Assembly (NCBI GenBank): GCA_046597055.1
Contig: JBKJLC010000229.1
Coordinates: 1 to 60,012, forward strand
Direction: 5' to 3'
Length of the DNA: 60,012 bases
From: Kofleriaceae bacterium
GTDB lineage: Bacteria > Myxococcota_A > Polyangia > Haliangiales > Haliangiaceae
Shown here: positions 39,564 through 52,699 of the stretch, one piece after another
Position numbering within the stretch: position 1 is the stretch's first letter
Layout of the letters: each line of letters opens with the position of its first letter
Program-made: the position numbers and the translations under genes
The notes under the pieces: model-generated
Database searches by the model: none
Seen by the model: only the letters and a program-made list of their open reading frames with translations
What the model was told of the DNA's origin: nothing

Positions 39564-39763
39564 CAGCCGTCCCGGAGATCCGGCCGGGCCGCGGGGGGCG
39601 GCGCGGCGAGCGCGGGCCGGCGCCAGCGCAGGAGCGCGGCCAGCACCGGCGTCACCATCGACACCGCCGCGGCGCCGGCGAGGAGGAAGGTCACGTCGAC
39701 GCCGAGGCTCGACGAGTTGGGGTTCATGCCCCACTTCACGGCGAGGATCTTTCCGCGGCTCAC
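39563..39763 (-). CDS. 66-aa putative substrate/partner peptide with NPNSSS motif and TM helix
   Basis: MSRGKILAVKWGMNPNSSSLGVDVTFLLAGAAAVSMVTPVLAALLRWRR...; TGATG overlap with the rSAM start; TATAGT -10 box 6 nt before GTG. Confidence 0.8.
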
Positions 39764-39839
39764 GCGGCGACTATAGCCGGTCTGTCACGACGAGGTGGGG
39801 GGACCGACCCACGGCCGGGCCCGCGGGCCGCCGCCGCGG

Positions 39840-41284
<1,445 letters not shown>

Positions 41285-41288
<4 letters not shown>

Positions 41289-42262
41289 CGGTCCTCCTTG
41301 CCACCGTCGGTGCGGGTGCCGTCGGTGCGCGCGCCGTCGCCGGCCTTGCCATCGCCCGCCTCGTCGGCCGGCGGGCGGTCGCGGCCGCCGCTGCCCGAGG
41401 TTCCGTCGGTTCCGTCGGTTCCGTCGGCTCCGGCCAGGCGCGCCTTCTCGCGCTTGTTCCACCAGTACACCAGCGCGATCACCGCGATGCCGGCCATCAT
41501 GTAGTAGGGCCGGCGGTCCGGCGCCTGCTTGGGTGCGGTCACCACCACGGTGGTCGGGATGGGACGACCATCGTGCGCGCGCATCGCCGGCGGCGGCGCG
41601 GCCGCGGGCGGTCCGTCCGCGTGGCCGGGCAGGATCGCGGCCGGGGCCGCGGCCGACACCGCCAGCAGCTCGCGGTCGGCGACCGGGCCCCGCGGGGCCA
41701 GGCTCGCCAGGGCCGCCTCGCAGGCCGTCCGGTGGGCGCCGGCGTCGTCGGCGAGGATGCACTCGGCCGACAGTCGGACCAGCGCGGCCCGGGGCGCGCG
41801 CAGCTGGAAGACGATCGTCCGCGACAGCGCGGTGGTGCCGAGCGAGGGGTCGTGCCACTCGAGTCGCCCCTCGGTGGTCCGCGCGCCGGCGTCGGTCGCG
41901 ACGTCCCAGCGCACGACCTTGGCGGTCGCGCCCATCGACTCGATGCCCGCGCGCACCTGGTGCAGCTCGGCGGTCGCGGCGGCCCCCGGCTCGGGCGGCA
42001 GCGTGTCGGTCATGACCTGGCTGGTCACCAGGATGGCGCCCGGCGTCGGCGCGCGCAGGTGCTGGGCCGAGACGTGCACGGGCACGGCGCCGAAGTGGTC
42101 TTCCATGGCGACGATCTTCTCGAGGCCTGCAGAGCGGCCTTGATCGATGGTCCATCCGGGGGGAGGGGTCACGGTGCCGACGGGATCGAGCTCCTGAGCA
42201 GCGACCGCCGCCGGCACCAGGGAGATCGCGAGAACGAGCAGAGCATGGGAGGTACGACTCAC
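41285..42262 (-). CDS. Exported, C-terminally anchored hypothetical protein
   Basis: Signal peptide (AVAA-QE), TM near C-terminus, DGT repeats; overlaps both neighbours by 4 nt. Confidence 0.72.
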
Positions 42263-42789
42263 GGGGTGACCTTGGGTGCATCGAGCGTGGCGAGCAACCG
42301 GCCACACGCGTCCTGGCAACGGGCCGGCTCCCGATCGTTGTAGAAACAGGCGGCGACGGTGGCGTGGACGGTGCCACTGGCGGCCGCGATCAGCCGGCCG
42401 CGCACCCGGCCGCGCATCCGACCCCGGGCGACGGTGCCGCTCACCTCGACGTTGGGGCCAGCGGTCGCCGCCCAGTCGTCGATCGCGAGCGTGGTGGTGA
42501 GCGCCGCGCGCAGCTGGTCGGCGATCTCGGCGACCTCGACCGCGCGGGTGCTGGCGACCTCGACGATGGTGACGAAGCAGCCCAGGCCGGGGTCGCCCCA
42601 GGTCTCGAGGTGGGTGATCGCGCGTCCGCCCGCGATCACGCCGGCGGCGGCCGCGCCGGCCGCCGCGACCTCGGGCAGGGACCGCCAGCCGTCGGGGATC
42701 GCGACGTACGTGGGGGCGCCGAGGGCCGGCTGGGCCTCGGCACCGCGGCAGGCGACCGCGGCCAGGAGGAGCAGCCCCGCCGACCTCAT
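42259..42789 (-). CDS. Hypothetical lipoprotein
   Basis: MRSAGLLLLAAVAC lipobox; Cys pairs; ATGA overlap with astA. Confidence 0.72.
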   Translation of the reverse strand: MRSAGLLLLAAVACRGAEAQPALGAPTYVAIPDGWRSLPEVAAAGAAAAGVIAGGRAITHLETWGDPGLGCFVTIVEVASTRAVEVAEIADQLRAALTTTLAIDDWAATAGPNVEVSGTVARGRMRGRVRGRLIAAASGTVHATVAACFYNDREPARCQDACGRLLATLDAPKVTP

Positions 42790-43820
42790 GCGGTCACGAT
42801 CCAGACGTCCTCGGCCTGCTCGACGCGGTCGAGCATCAGCCGCGACGCGACATCGCGGGCGATCCCGACCCGTCCGTCGGACCCGAGCTGGACCCGGGTC
42901 GCGACCGCGCGAAACCCGGGCCGCTCCGCCGGGCGCTCGAGCGCCAGGATCGCCCACGGCCGGTCGGTCCCGGCGTCGTCGGTCAGCGTCAGCCGCGCCG
43001 GTCGCGCCTCGCGCACCAGCGTGATCTGGTCGGTCACCGCGCTGAAGTGGGGACCGCCGTCGAACGGATCGATCTGGCCGGCGTACTCGAAGCCGATGCG
43101 GCGCAGCATCTTCTCGACGCCGCGGGTGTCGGGGCCGACCTGGCCGATGATCGCGCGCACGTCGGCGGGCAGCAGCTCGCAGTGGACCGGGTCGTCGGGG
43201 AACAGGGCGTGGATGAACTCCTTGTTGTCTTTCGACAGGAGATCCGCCTCTTGATACGTGAGCCCGGTGAAGTGCCGGCCGAGGCACTCCCACAGCTTGC
43301 TGGTCCCGTCCGCCTCGAGCGGCGGCAGCAGCTCCGACAGCACCTTGTCGCGGAACACCGGCCGGTGCATGCGGATGAATACGAACCGCACGTACGACAG
43401 CAGCCGACCCAGCGCCTCCGGGTTGCCGCGGTACTCGGGCAACAGGATCAGCCCGCCGATCTCGGTCGGCCCATCGTAGTTGTAGCCGATGCGCAGCGTC
43501 GGATGCACGAAGTAGCGATCGAGCGTGTACGAGTAGCGCTCGTCGTTCTCGACGCGGAAGAAGATGTGCGGCGACCGCTTGGTGCCGTGCTGCGCGTGGA
43601 TCATCGACGTGCCGATGACGCGCTCGTGCTCGAGGTCCTCGAGCACGAACAGGTACTCGCGCTCGGCCGGCGGGACCTGCTCGGTGAAGCTCGCCTCCGA
43701 CAGGTCGAGGATGCGTTCGAGGTAGCCGCGATCCGCGGGCAGGTTGACCGTGTCGAGGTGCTCGGCGACGGCGAGGATCTGGTCTACATCCTCGCGATAA
43801 GATTGCCGAATTCGGAACAT
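42786..43820 (-). CDS. astA: Arginine N-succinyltransferase
   Basis: NLPAD, YLFVLED, TEIGGLILLPEYR, LLSYVRF, IGQV...T, GFEY.GQIDPFDGGP. Confidence 0.9.
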   Translation of the reverse strand: MFRIRQSYREDVDQILAVAEHLDTVNLPADRGYLERILDLSEASFTEQVPPAEREYLFVLEDLEHERVIGTSMIHAQHGTKRSPHIFFRVENDERYSYTLDRYFVHPTLRIGYNYDGPTEIGGLILLPEYRGNPEALGRLLSYVRFVFIRMHRPVFRDKVLSELLPPLEADGTSKLWECLGRHFTGLTYQEADLLSKDNKEFIHALFPDDPVHCELLPADVRAIIGQVGPDTRGVEKMLRRIGFEYAGQIDPFDGGPHFSAVTDQITLVREARPARLTLTDDAGTDRPWAILALERPAERPGFRAVATRVQLGSDGRVGIARDVASRLMLDRVEQAEDVWIVTA

Positions 43821-43853
43821 GGTGGCTCGACGCGAACCTTACCACGGCCCCAG

Positions 43854-44666
43854 CTACGGGATGTTGTCGGCGAGCGCACCCTCGAGCGCCACGCTGGCGC
43901 TGGCCCCGGCCAGGCGCAGCCAGTCGAGCATCGGCGTCACCTGCTCGGCGGCCAGCTCGGGCGCCGACACGATCCGGATCGCGGGCCGGCCGATCGCGCG
44001 GCGGCGGGCGTTCTCGGTGGCGATCCAGCCGAGGATCTGGGGCAGGGCGAAGGTGGTCGCGACCTTGGTGTCGTGCATCAGCAGGACCGCGCGGCCGTCG
44101 AGCAGCGCGAGCTGCTTGATCACGGCCGCGGCGGTGGCCTTCCACGACTTGCTCTGCCACTCCTGCGGATCGATGTCCCAGTGGAAGTGGCCGTAGCCGT
44201 GGCGGGCCAGCGCCTCCTCGACGATCAGGCAGCGCGAGCCATAGGGCACGCGGTACCAGGGCACCGGCATCCCGGCGATGCCTTCGATCAGGGTGCGGGC
44301 GCCGCCGATCTCGATGTCGAGGCGCGCGGCATCGAGCCCGCAGAACTGGGCGTGGCTCATGCTGTGGTTGCCGACGATGTGGCCCTCCTGCACGATGCGG
44401 GCGGTCAGCGCCTTGTTCTGCTCGATCTCGCCGCGCTGGAACCGCCAGCCGACCAGGAAGAACACCGCCTTGATGTGGTGGGCGGCGAGGATGTCGAGGA
44501 CCTTGCCGGTGGTCGCCGGGCTGGGCCCATCGTCGAAGGTGAAGATGATCTCGGGGCCGCCACTCACCGACATCCCGGCGGCGGGCTGCGGCCAAGCGTT
44601 CGCCCGCGCGGAGGTCGGCGTGCTCGCGGCGAGGGCGAGCCCGACGGCCGCGAGGGCGGTGGCCAT
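43854..44666 (-). CDS. Secreted polysaccharide deacetylase (NodB/CE4)
   Basis: FTFDDGP, GNHSMSH, RVPYG, WDIDPQEW, LLMHD. Alternative start at 44729. Confidence 0.92.
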   Translation of the reverse strand: MATALAAVGLALAASTPTSARANAWPQPAAGMSVSGGPEIIFTFDDGPSPATTGKVLDILAAHHIKAVFFLVGWRFQRGEIEQNKALTARIVQEGHIVGNHSMSHAQFCGLDAARLDIEIGGARTLIEGIAGMPVPWYRVPYGSRCLIVEEALARHGYGHFHWDIDPQEWQSKSWKATAAAVIKQLALLDGRAVLLMHDTKVATTFALPQILGWIATENARRRAIGRPAIRIVSAPELAAEQVTPMLDWLRLAGASASVALEGALADNIP

Positions 44667-44785
44667 GGCGAACGGAGTGCGCGCGCGCACCCGGTAAGGT
44701 CTAACACGCAGCGGTGCCGCTTCATTCATTTGTGACCGCGCCGGGTGCTCGGCGCCGGGCCGCGGCGGCGCTACCATCCGGCCCC

Positions 44786-45814
44786 ATGAGCCTCGTCCGG
44801 TCCCGCCTGCCGTACCCGCGCAAGGTCGCGCTCGCCCGCGCCGGGACCCCGCTCCAGCGGCTGCCGCGGACCAGCGCGGCGCTCGGCGTCGAGGTCCTGG
44901 TCAAGCGCGACGACCTCACCGGGGCCGAGCTGTCGGGCAACAAGGTGCGCAAGCTCGAGTTCCTGTTCGCCGAGGCCGAGGACCAGGGCGCCGACACCGT
45001 GATCACCTGTGGCGGCGAGCAGTCGAACCACGCGCGCGCGACCGCGATGGCGGCGGCCCGGCTCGGGCTGCACGCGCGGCTGGTCCTGCGCACCGACGAC
45101 CCGGCCCAGCCGCCGGCCGCCACCGGCAACATCTTGCTCGACCGCCTGGCCGGCGCGTCGATCCACTGGATCGCCCGGCGCGACTGGGGGCGGCGCACCG
45201 AGCTGATGGCGGCCGAGGCCGACGCGGTCCGCGCCGCCGGCGGCACGCCCTACGTCATCCCCGAGGGCGGCTCGAACGCGATGGGCTCGTGGGGGTATGT
45301 CGCCTGCGCCGCCGAGCTGGCCGACGACCTCGCGACCCTGCCGGCCGCCGCGACCACGGTCGTGTACGCGTGTGGCTCGGGCGGCACCGGCGCCGGCCTG
45401 GTGCTCGGCGCGCGCCTGGTCGGACTCGACGCGCAGGGCGTGCGCGTGGCCGGCGTGAACGTGTGTGACGACCGCGACTACTTCGTCCGCGCGATCACGC
45501 GCATCGCCGGCGACATGACGGACCGCTGGTCGCTGCCGGTCCGGATCGCCGCGAGCGAGGTCGAGATCGTCGACGGCCACGTCGGCCGCGGCTACGCCCG
45601 GAGCCGGCCCGAGGAGCTGGCGACGATCCGCGACCTGTGCCGGCGCGACGGCCTGGTGCTCGACCCGGTCTACACCGGCAAGGCGTTCCACGGCGTGGTC
45701 ACCGAGCTCGCCCGCGACCCGCGCCGGTTCGGCGACCGCATCGTCTTCGTCCACACCGGCGGCATCTTCGGGCTGTTCTCGGCCGCCGAGGAGCTGGCGC
45801 CGCTGCTCGCCTGA
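44786..45814 (+). CDS. D-cysteine desulfhydrase / ACC-deaminase family PLP enzyme
   Basis: [51 protein letters not shown]. Confidence 0.93.
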   Translation: MSLVRSRLPYPRKVALARAGTPLQRLPRTSAALGVEVLVKRDDLTGAELSGNKVRKLEFLFAEAEDQGADTVITCGGEQSNHARATAMAAARLGLHARLVLRTDDPAQPPAATGNILLDRLAGASIHWIARRDWGRRTELMAAEADAVRAAGGTPYVIPEGGSNAMGSWGYVACAAELADDLATLPAAATTVVYACGSGGTGAGLVLGARLVGLDAQGVRVAGVNVCDDRDYFVRAITRIAGDMTDRWSLPVRIAASEVEIVDGHVGRGYARSRPEELATIRDLCRRDGLVLDPVYTGKAFHGVVTELARDPRRFGDRIVFVHTGGIFGLFSAAEELAPLLA

Positions 45815-45848
45815 TCGGGTCCGAAGTCGCCGGGCCGCCCCGACCCGG

Positions 45849-46384
45849 CTACTTGCGGGGGGCGTCCTGCAGCAGGCCGTCGAGCACGGTCGCCAGCTGC
45901 TCCTCGCTCATCTCGCCGGGCTGCTTCTTGGCCAGCTTGCCCGTGCGGTCGTAGATGAACGTCGTCGGCAGGGCCGACGGATGCGCGTACGCCTGCTGGA
46001 TCTCGAAGTCGACCTTGACCACCGGGTAGGTGAACTCGTTGTCGCTCATGAAGTTGAGCAGGCCCGCGTCGTCGACCGTGTTGTCGCTGAGCATGCCGAG
46101 CATCACGACGCCCCGATCCTTGTACTTCGCGTACACGCGGTTGAAGGCGGGGATCTCCTTCTTGCAGGGCGGGCACCAGGTCGCCCAGAAGTTCACGACG
46201 ACGATCTTGCCCTTGAGCGCGTCGGGCGGATACATCTCGTGGTTGATGTCCTGATACGTGATCGCGGGCAGACACTCGGATGCGCTCGAGCACGCGGCCT
46301 CGGCGGTCTTGCTCTCGCACCCGACCAGCACGGCACCGGCGACGGTGACGGCGAGGGTGGCGGCGAGCAGGGCGGTACGGCGGT

Positions 46385-46388
<4 letters not shown>
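45849..46388 (-). CDS. TlpA-family thiol:disulfide oxidoreductase (lipoprotein)
   Basis: VVNFWATWCPPCKKEIP, LPTTFI; LVGC lipobox. Confidence 0.92.
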
Positions 46389-48058
<1,670 letters not shown>

Positions 48059-48141
48059 GGCGCGACGACCCTAGCATCCCGGGACGGGCCCCGAGGCGCG
48101 GTCGATCCCTGGATACTACGGCCGTAGTAGGAAGGCCAGCG

Positions 48142-48924
48142 CTACTTGATGGCGGGGCCGACCGTGCCGGTCTTCGCCGGGATCGGGGCGTCACCATCGA
48201 CGACGCGGTAGTTCTTCACGTTGGGGCTCTTCACGCTGAACCCGAAGATCTTGGCGACGTCGAGCTTGGCGTCGAAGTTCGGCTCGTAGAACCGGAAGTG
48301 GTTCTTGTTGCCGGCGGCGTCGATGATGATCGACTCCTTGACGCGGTAGTTCGACGGGTCGACGACGAGGTACAGGTGCTTGTACTGGGCGGTCGGCTGC
48401 TTGGGCGTGAGCTTGAGCACGTGGTCGGTCTTGGTCCCGAACGCGCTGGGCTTCTCGAGGGCCGGGGTGAAGTCGTTGGCGAGGTCGCCCTTGCCGTACA
48501 GGAACGTGATCGCGGTCGGCAGCAGGTTCTTCTGCAGGTCCTTCTTGATGATCTGCTTGTTCTCGTGGTCGACCACGTAGAGCAGGCTGCCGTCGGAGAT
48601 GAACTCCTTGGCGATCTTGAGCTCCTTGCCGGCGCGCTTCTTCGCGAAGTAGTTCCAGCGCATCTTGCCGGGCTTGCTGATGAACAGCTGACCGTCGGAG
48701 ACATCGCTGCGGCCGAAGGTGGTGTTGGTCACCTCCTGGCGGAACTTCGCGGACACCCCCTGGATGCCGCCGTAGAACTTCTGCACGCCGCCGAGGATCT
48801 CGGTGGCGCTCGGTGCCGCGGCCACGCGCTTGGCGGTGACGACCTGGAGCGGCGGGGTGACGAGGGTGGCCGGCGCGGGGGTCGCGAACAGGCCAGCGAA
48901 GAAGAACGAGAGGGGTTTCAACAT
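48142..48924 (-). CDS. lolA: Outer-membrane lipoprotein carrier LolA family
   Basis: AKFRQ, G.LFISKPGKMRWNY, ISDG. Confidence 0.85.
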   Translation of the reverse strand: MLKPLSFFFAGLFATPAPATLVTPPLQVVTAKRVAAAPSATEILGGVQKFYGGIQGVSAKFRQEVTNTTFGRSDVSDGQLFISKPGKMRWNYFAKKRAGKELKIAKEFISDGSLLYVVDHENKQIIKKDLQKNLLPTAITFLYGKGDLANDFTPALEKPSAFGTKTDHVLKLTPKQPTAQYKHLYLVVDPSNYRVKESIIIDAAGNKNHFRFYEPNFDAKLDVAKIFGFSVKSPNVKNYRVVDGDAPIPAKTGTVGPAIK

Positions 48925-49041
48925 GTTGGGCTCCGGCGCGGATGCCGCGCTCGAGGACTATGACGCGCGGCCAGGGCGCCCGATTCAGGCCGAGGCGGCC
49001 AGCGGTATCGCGAGCTTGTCACAGCCATGGATGGATGACAC

Positions 49042-50721
49042 CTACACGAGCGGTTCGTAGCGCCCCGCCGAAAAGGCCGCGCGCGCAGCCCGGCGCAGGG
49101 CCTTGCCGCTGCCCCCGATCGGCAGGTCGTCGGCGGCGCAGATCGCCCACCGCCGTGGCAGCTTGTAGCCGGCGACCCGGGCCCGGCAGAAGGCCGTGAG
49201 CTCGGCGGCGGTCGGCGCGGCGGCGCCCCGGGGGGCGATCAGCGCGGTGACGACCTGGCCCCATTCGGCGTCGTCGATGCCGAACACGACCGCGCCGGCC
49301 AGGGCCGGGTGCTCGGCCAGCGCGGCCTCGATCTCGGCGGGATAGACGTTGCTGCCGCCCGAGATGATCGTGTCGTGCTTGCGGTCGACCAGGGTGAGCC
49401 AGCCGTCGGCGTCGACCCGGCCGAGATCGCCGACGCTGATGTGGCCGTCGTGCGGGTCGGGGCGGCTGACCCCGCCGGCGTCGTCGAGGTAGCCGGCCAT
49501 GAGCGCGCCCGAGCCGACGAAGACCTCGCCGAGGTGACCGACCGGCACCGGGGCGCCATCCTCGCCGAGGATGCGGACCGACACGCCGGCGGGTGGGCGT
49601 CCGACCGAGCCGGGGTGCGCCCGGTGCTCGCCGGGGCCGATCACCGACACCGTGCCGGTCTCGGACGAGCCGTAGAACTCCCACAGCCGACCGGGCCCGA
49701 GCCAGTCGAGCAGGCGGTCCTTGATCGCCGGGGCCAGCGGCGCGCCGGCCACGATCGCGGTGCGCAGCGCGTCGGGCCGCGGCCGCTCGGCCGGCGGCAG
49801 CTCGAGCAAGCGATACCACTGGGTCGGCACCAGGAAGCACAGCGTCGCGCCGGTGTCGGCGGCGGCCGCGAGGAACCCGCGCGGGCGAAACCGATCCAGC
49901 ACCACGGTGCGGGCGCCGGCGGCGCGGGCGGCGCGCAGCAAGATGCCGGGCGCGGAGTGGGCGAGCGGGCATGCGACGAGGTGCACGTCGTCGGCGCCCA
50001 GACCATACGTCGCGGTCAGCTCGGCAGCGCGCGCGGTCTCGGCCGCCTCGGGCCGCAGGCACGCCTTCGGCCTCCCGGTGGTGCCGGACGTGAACAACAC
50101 GGTCGCGCCGAAGCGGCCCGGCCCGCGGTCCTGGGCGTCATGGGCGGCTTGATCCGCAGGGCCGACGCGACGGCTCTCTCCCGTTCGTCCTGAGCGCAGC
50201 CCGGCGCGGAGCGACGGGCGAAGTCGAAGGACGCCCTCATCACCGGAAGGAGGTCGCCCTTCGACTCCGCGCTTCGCGCTGCGCTCAGGGCGAACGGGGA
50301 AGAACCGAGAGCGAACAGTGATGAGCCCTGGCCGAGCCGCGCGGCCTCGATCAACCCTCGGGCGATGAACCGGGGAAGCGCCGTCCTCGACGAGGATGCA
50401 CGGGATGGTGAGGCCCTCGACCGCCGCCGAATGCGCGCGGTCGACCATGATCACCCGCGGCCGGACCTGCGCGCACAGCTGCGCGACCTCGGCCGCTGCC
50501 AGCCGCGGGTTGAGCGGCGCGAACACCAGCTCGTGCAGCGTGGCTGCGTCGCGGGCCGCGACGAACCCGGGATGATTGCCCGCGAGCACCGCGACCAGAT
50601 CGCCGGGCCGGCACCCGGCCTCCACCAGCGCATCACCGAGCGCGTCGGCATGGCGCGCGATCGCCGCCCCGTCGAGCGCGTACTGGATCACGCGCTCGTC
50701 ATCGGAGCCGGAGCCGCTCAT
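49042..50721 (-). CDS. AMP-binding (ANL) acyl-CoA synthetase carrying an in-frame repeat-derived insert
   Basis: FTSGTTGRPK, YGSSE, GDLG, DRKHDTIISGGSNVYPAEIE, YKLP, GSGK; about 50 extra residues just before the P-loop. Confidence 0.88.
   Translation of the reverse strand: MSGSGSDDERVIQYALDGAAIARHADALGDALVEAGCRPGDLVAVLAGNHPGFVAARDAATLHELVFAPLNPRLAAAEVAQLCAQVRPRVIMVDRAHSAAVEGLTIPCILVEDGASPVHRPRVDRGRAARPGLITVRSRFFPVRPERSAKRGVEGRPPSGDEGVLRLRPSLRAGLRSGRTGESRRVGPADQAAHDAQDRGPGRFGATVLFTSGTTGRPKACLRPEAAETARAAELTATYGLGADDVHLVACPLAHSAPGILLRAARAAGARTVVLDRFRPRGFLAAAADTGATLCFLVPTQWYRLLELPPAERPRPDALRTAIVAGAPLAPAIKDRLLDWLGPGRLWEFYGSSETGTVSVIGPGEHRAHPGSVGRPPAGVSVRILGEDGAPVPVGHLGEVFVGSGALMAGYLDDAGGVSRPDPHDGHISVGDLGRVDADGWLTLVDRKHDTIISGGSNVYPAEIEAALAEHPALAGAVVFGIDDAEWGQVVTALIAPRGAAAPTAAELTAFCRARVAGYKLPRRWAICAADDLPIGGSGKALRRAARAAFSAGRYEPLV
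50180..50332. repeat. Palindromic repeat copy E inside the acyl-CoA ligase CDS
   Basis: CCCGTTCGTCCTGAGCGCAGC (50180-50200) pairs 20/21 with GCTGCGCTCAGGGCGAACGGG (50278-50298); inner GTCGAAGG/CCTTCGAC; tail GAACCGAGAGCGAACAGTGATGAGCCCTG resembles copy A. Confidence 0.8.
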
Positions 50722-51344
50722 GGCCGCTCGCCGCGTTGGTCGTCGCCGCCATCGCCGGCGCCGCGTTGGTCGTCGTCGCCGCCGCCGCCGTCCCCGCGTT
50801 GGTCGTCGCCGCCGCGTCCGTCCAACCCGGCTAGCACCGCGGCCAGGTCGACGCGCGCCGCTGGCACGCCGGCCTGCTCGGCGTGGGCGCGGTCGATCAA
50901 GCCGAGCGTCGCCGACACCAGCTCCTGGTCGAGCACGCAGTCGGGATCGGCGGCGGCGGGGCCGCGGGCCCGGAACGTGAGCTCGCAGCTCTCGATCACC
51001 GGCAGACCGCGCCGATCGCGCAGCCGGATCGGCAGGCCGTGCGATCGGCACACCAGCGGCCGCGCCGGGTAGATCCGGCACCGACCGACCGGGTCGAGCG
51101 CCGCGCAGCGCGCGACCGCCGGGTCGCTGGCGGCGGCGGCGGCGGCGATCACCCGGCGCTCGGCGGCCGGCAGCGCGACCGCCCACGCCTCGATCGCGGC
51201 GGCCTCGATCCCGGTGACGGTCAGGCGCACGTGGCAGCAGCGATCGCAGCCGACCGCGCACGCGACGTCGGCGCGGTGGCGCTGCGCGACCCGCGCGAAG
51301 AACGCGTCGACCTTGGCCGTCAGCTCGTGGTAGCGCGCGAGCAC
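50718..51344 (-). CDS. YkgJ/CxxCxxCC-type cysteine-cluster protein with GGDDQRG repeat tail
   Basis: CAVGCDRCC, CAALD..GRCRIYPARPLVCR; CCGCGTTGGTCGTCG repeated at 50731, 50761 and 50794. Confidence 0.85.
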   Translation of the reverse strand: MLARYHELTAKVDAFFARVAQRHRADVACAVGCDRCCHVRLTVTGIEAAAIEAWAVALPAAERRVIAAAAAASDPAVARCAALDPVGRCRIYPARPLVCRSHGLPIRLRDRRGLPVIESCELTFRARGPAAADPDCVLDQELVSATLGLIDRAHAEQAGVPAARVDLAAVLAGLDGRGGDDQRGDGGGGDDDQRGAGDGGDDQRGERP

Positions 51345-51438
51345 GCACCATCTTAGGCGACCGCGCGCGGCGCAGCACCAGTTCCGGTGCGGCAGGCCGT
51401 CAGCCGCCGGCTGAGCGCGATTTTCGTTATCGTGGGGA

Positions 51439-52665
51439 ATGCACGTGCTCGACGTCGGCGTCGTGGGCTGCGGCAGCGCGGGCGCGGCGACCGCGCTGTT
51501 CCTCGCGCGCGCCGGCCATCGCGTCACGGTGTACGAGCGGGTGCTCGAGCCGGGGCCGATCGGCGCCGGCATCACGCTGCAGCCGACCGGTCAGGTGGTG
51601 CTGGCCCGGCTCGGCCTGCTCGCGCCGGTCCTCGAGCGCGGCGCGCGCCTCGACCGGCTGCACTGCGTGACCCGTGGCGGCCGCACCCTCGCCGACCTGC
51701 GCTATGCGGCGGTCGATCCCCACATGTTCGGGCTCGGCGTGCACCGCGGCACGCTGTTCCAGACTTTGTACGACGCGGTCCGGGTCGAGCCGGGCGTCAC
51801 GCTGCGGCTGGGCGCGGCGGTGACCGGCGTCGGCCGCGACGGCGGGCGTCCCACCGTGCGCGGCGCGGCGGGCGCGCTCGCCACCCACGATCTCGTCATC
51901 GGCGCCGACGGCGCGGTGTCCGAGCTGCATGCGAGCGGCGGCGTCGCGGTGCGCGCCCGCGAGTACGCCTGGGGCGCGCTGTGGTTCGTCGCCGACGATC
52001 CGGGGCCCGCCTTCGCGGGCGAGCTGTTCCAGGTGGTCGACGGCGCGCGCCGCATGTACGGCCTCCTGCCGACCGGGCGCGGCCCCGGTCGGTCCACGCC
52101 GGTGGTCAGCCTGTTCTGGAGCCTGCCGGTCGCCGGTCACGCCCGCTGGCGCGACGTCGGCCTGGCCGCCTGGAAGGCCGAGGTGGTGCGCCTCGATCGC
52201 CGGGCCGCGCCGGTGCTCGAGCAGATCACCGACCAGCGTCAGGTGCTGCTGGCGCGCTACCGCGACGTCCGCATGCCGCGCTGGCACGGCGATGGTGTGG
52301 TCTTTCTCGGCGACAGCGCCCACGCGATGAGCCCGCAGCTCGGCCAGGGCGCCAACCTCGCGCTGTGGGACGCGATGATCCTCGCCGACGCGCTCGCCGC
52401 CGCGCCCGACCTGGCGGCGGCGCTGGCCGCGTACTCGCGCGAGCGCCGCCGCCACCTCGGCTTCTACCAGCTGATGACGCGCGCGCTGACGCCGTTCTTC
52501 CAGTCGAGCTCGCGCCTGGCCGGCTGGGCCCGCGACCTCACCTTCCCGATCGCCAACTGGCTGCCGCCGACCCGGCGCCTGATGGTCCGCACGATGGCCG
52601 GGGTGCAGCTCGGGTTCGTGCGGCGGCCGCTGGCGCTGCCGGCGGCGGGCCCGCCCACGACGTGA
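51439..52665 (+). CDS. FAD-dependent monooxygenase/oxidoreductase
   Basis: VVGCGSAG, IGADG, LGDSAHAMSPQLGQGANLALWDA. Confidence 0.92.
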   Translation: MHVLDVGVVGCGSAGAATALFLARAGHRVTVYERVLEPGPIGAGITLQPTGQVVLARLGLLAPVLERGARLDRLHCVTRGGRTLADLRYAAVDPHMFGLGVHRGTLFQTLYDAVRVEPGVTLRLGAAVTGVGRDGGRPTVRGAAGALATHDLVIGADGAVSELHASGGVAVRAREYAWGALWFVADDPGPAFAGELFQVVDGARRMYGLLPTGRGPGRSTPVVSLFWSLPVAGHARWRDVGLAAWKAEVVRLDRRAAPVLEQITDQRQVLLARYRDVRMPRWHGDGVVFLGDSAHAMSPQLGQGANLALWDAMILADALAAAPDLAAALAAYSRERRRHLGFYQLMTRALTPFFQSSSRLAGWARDLTFPIANWLPPTRRLMVRTMAGVQLGFVRRPLALPAAGPPTT

Positions 52666-52699
52666 GGTAGTATCCGCGCGCAGCCGCTGCGAGGAATCC

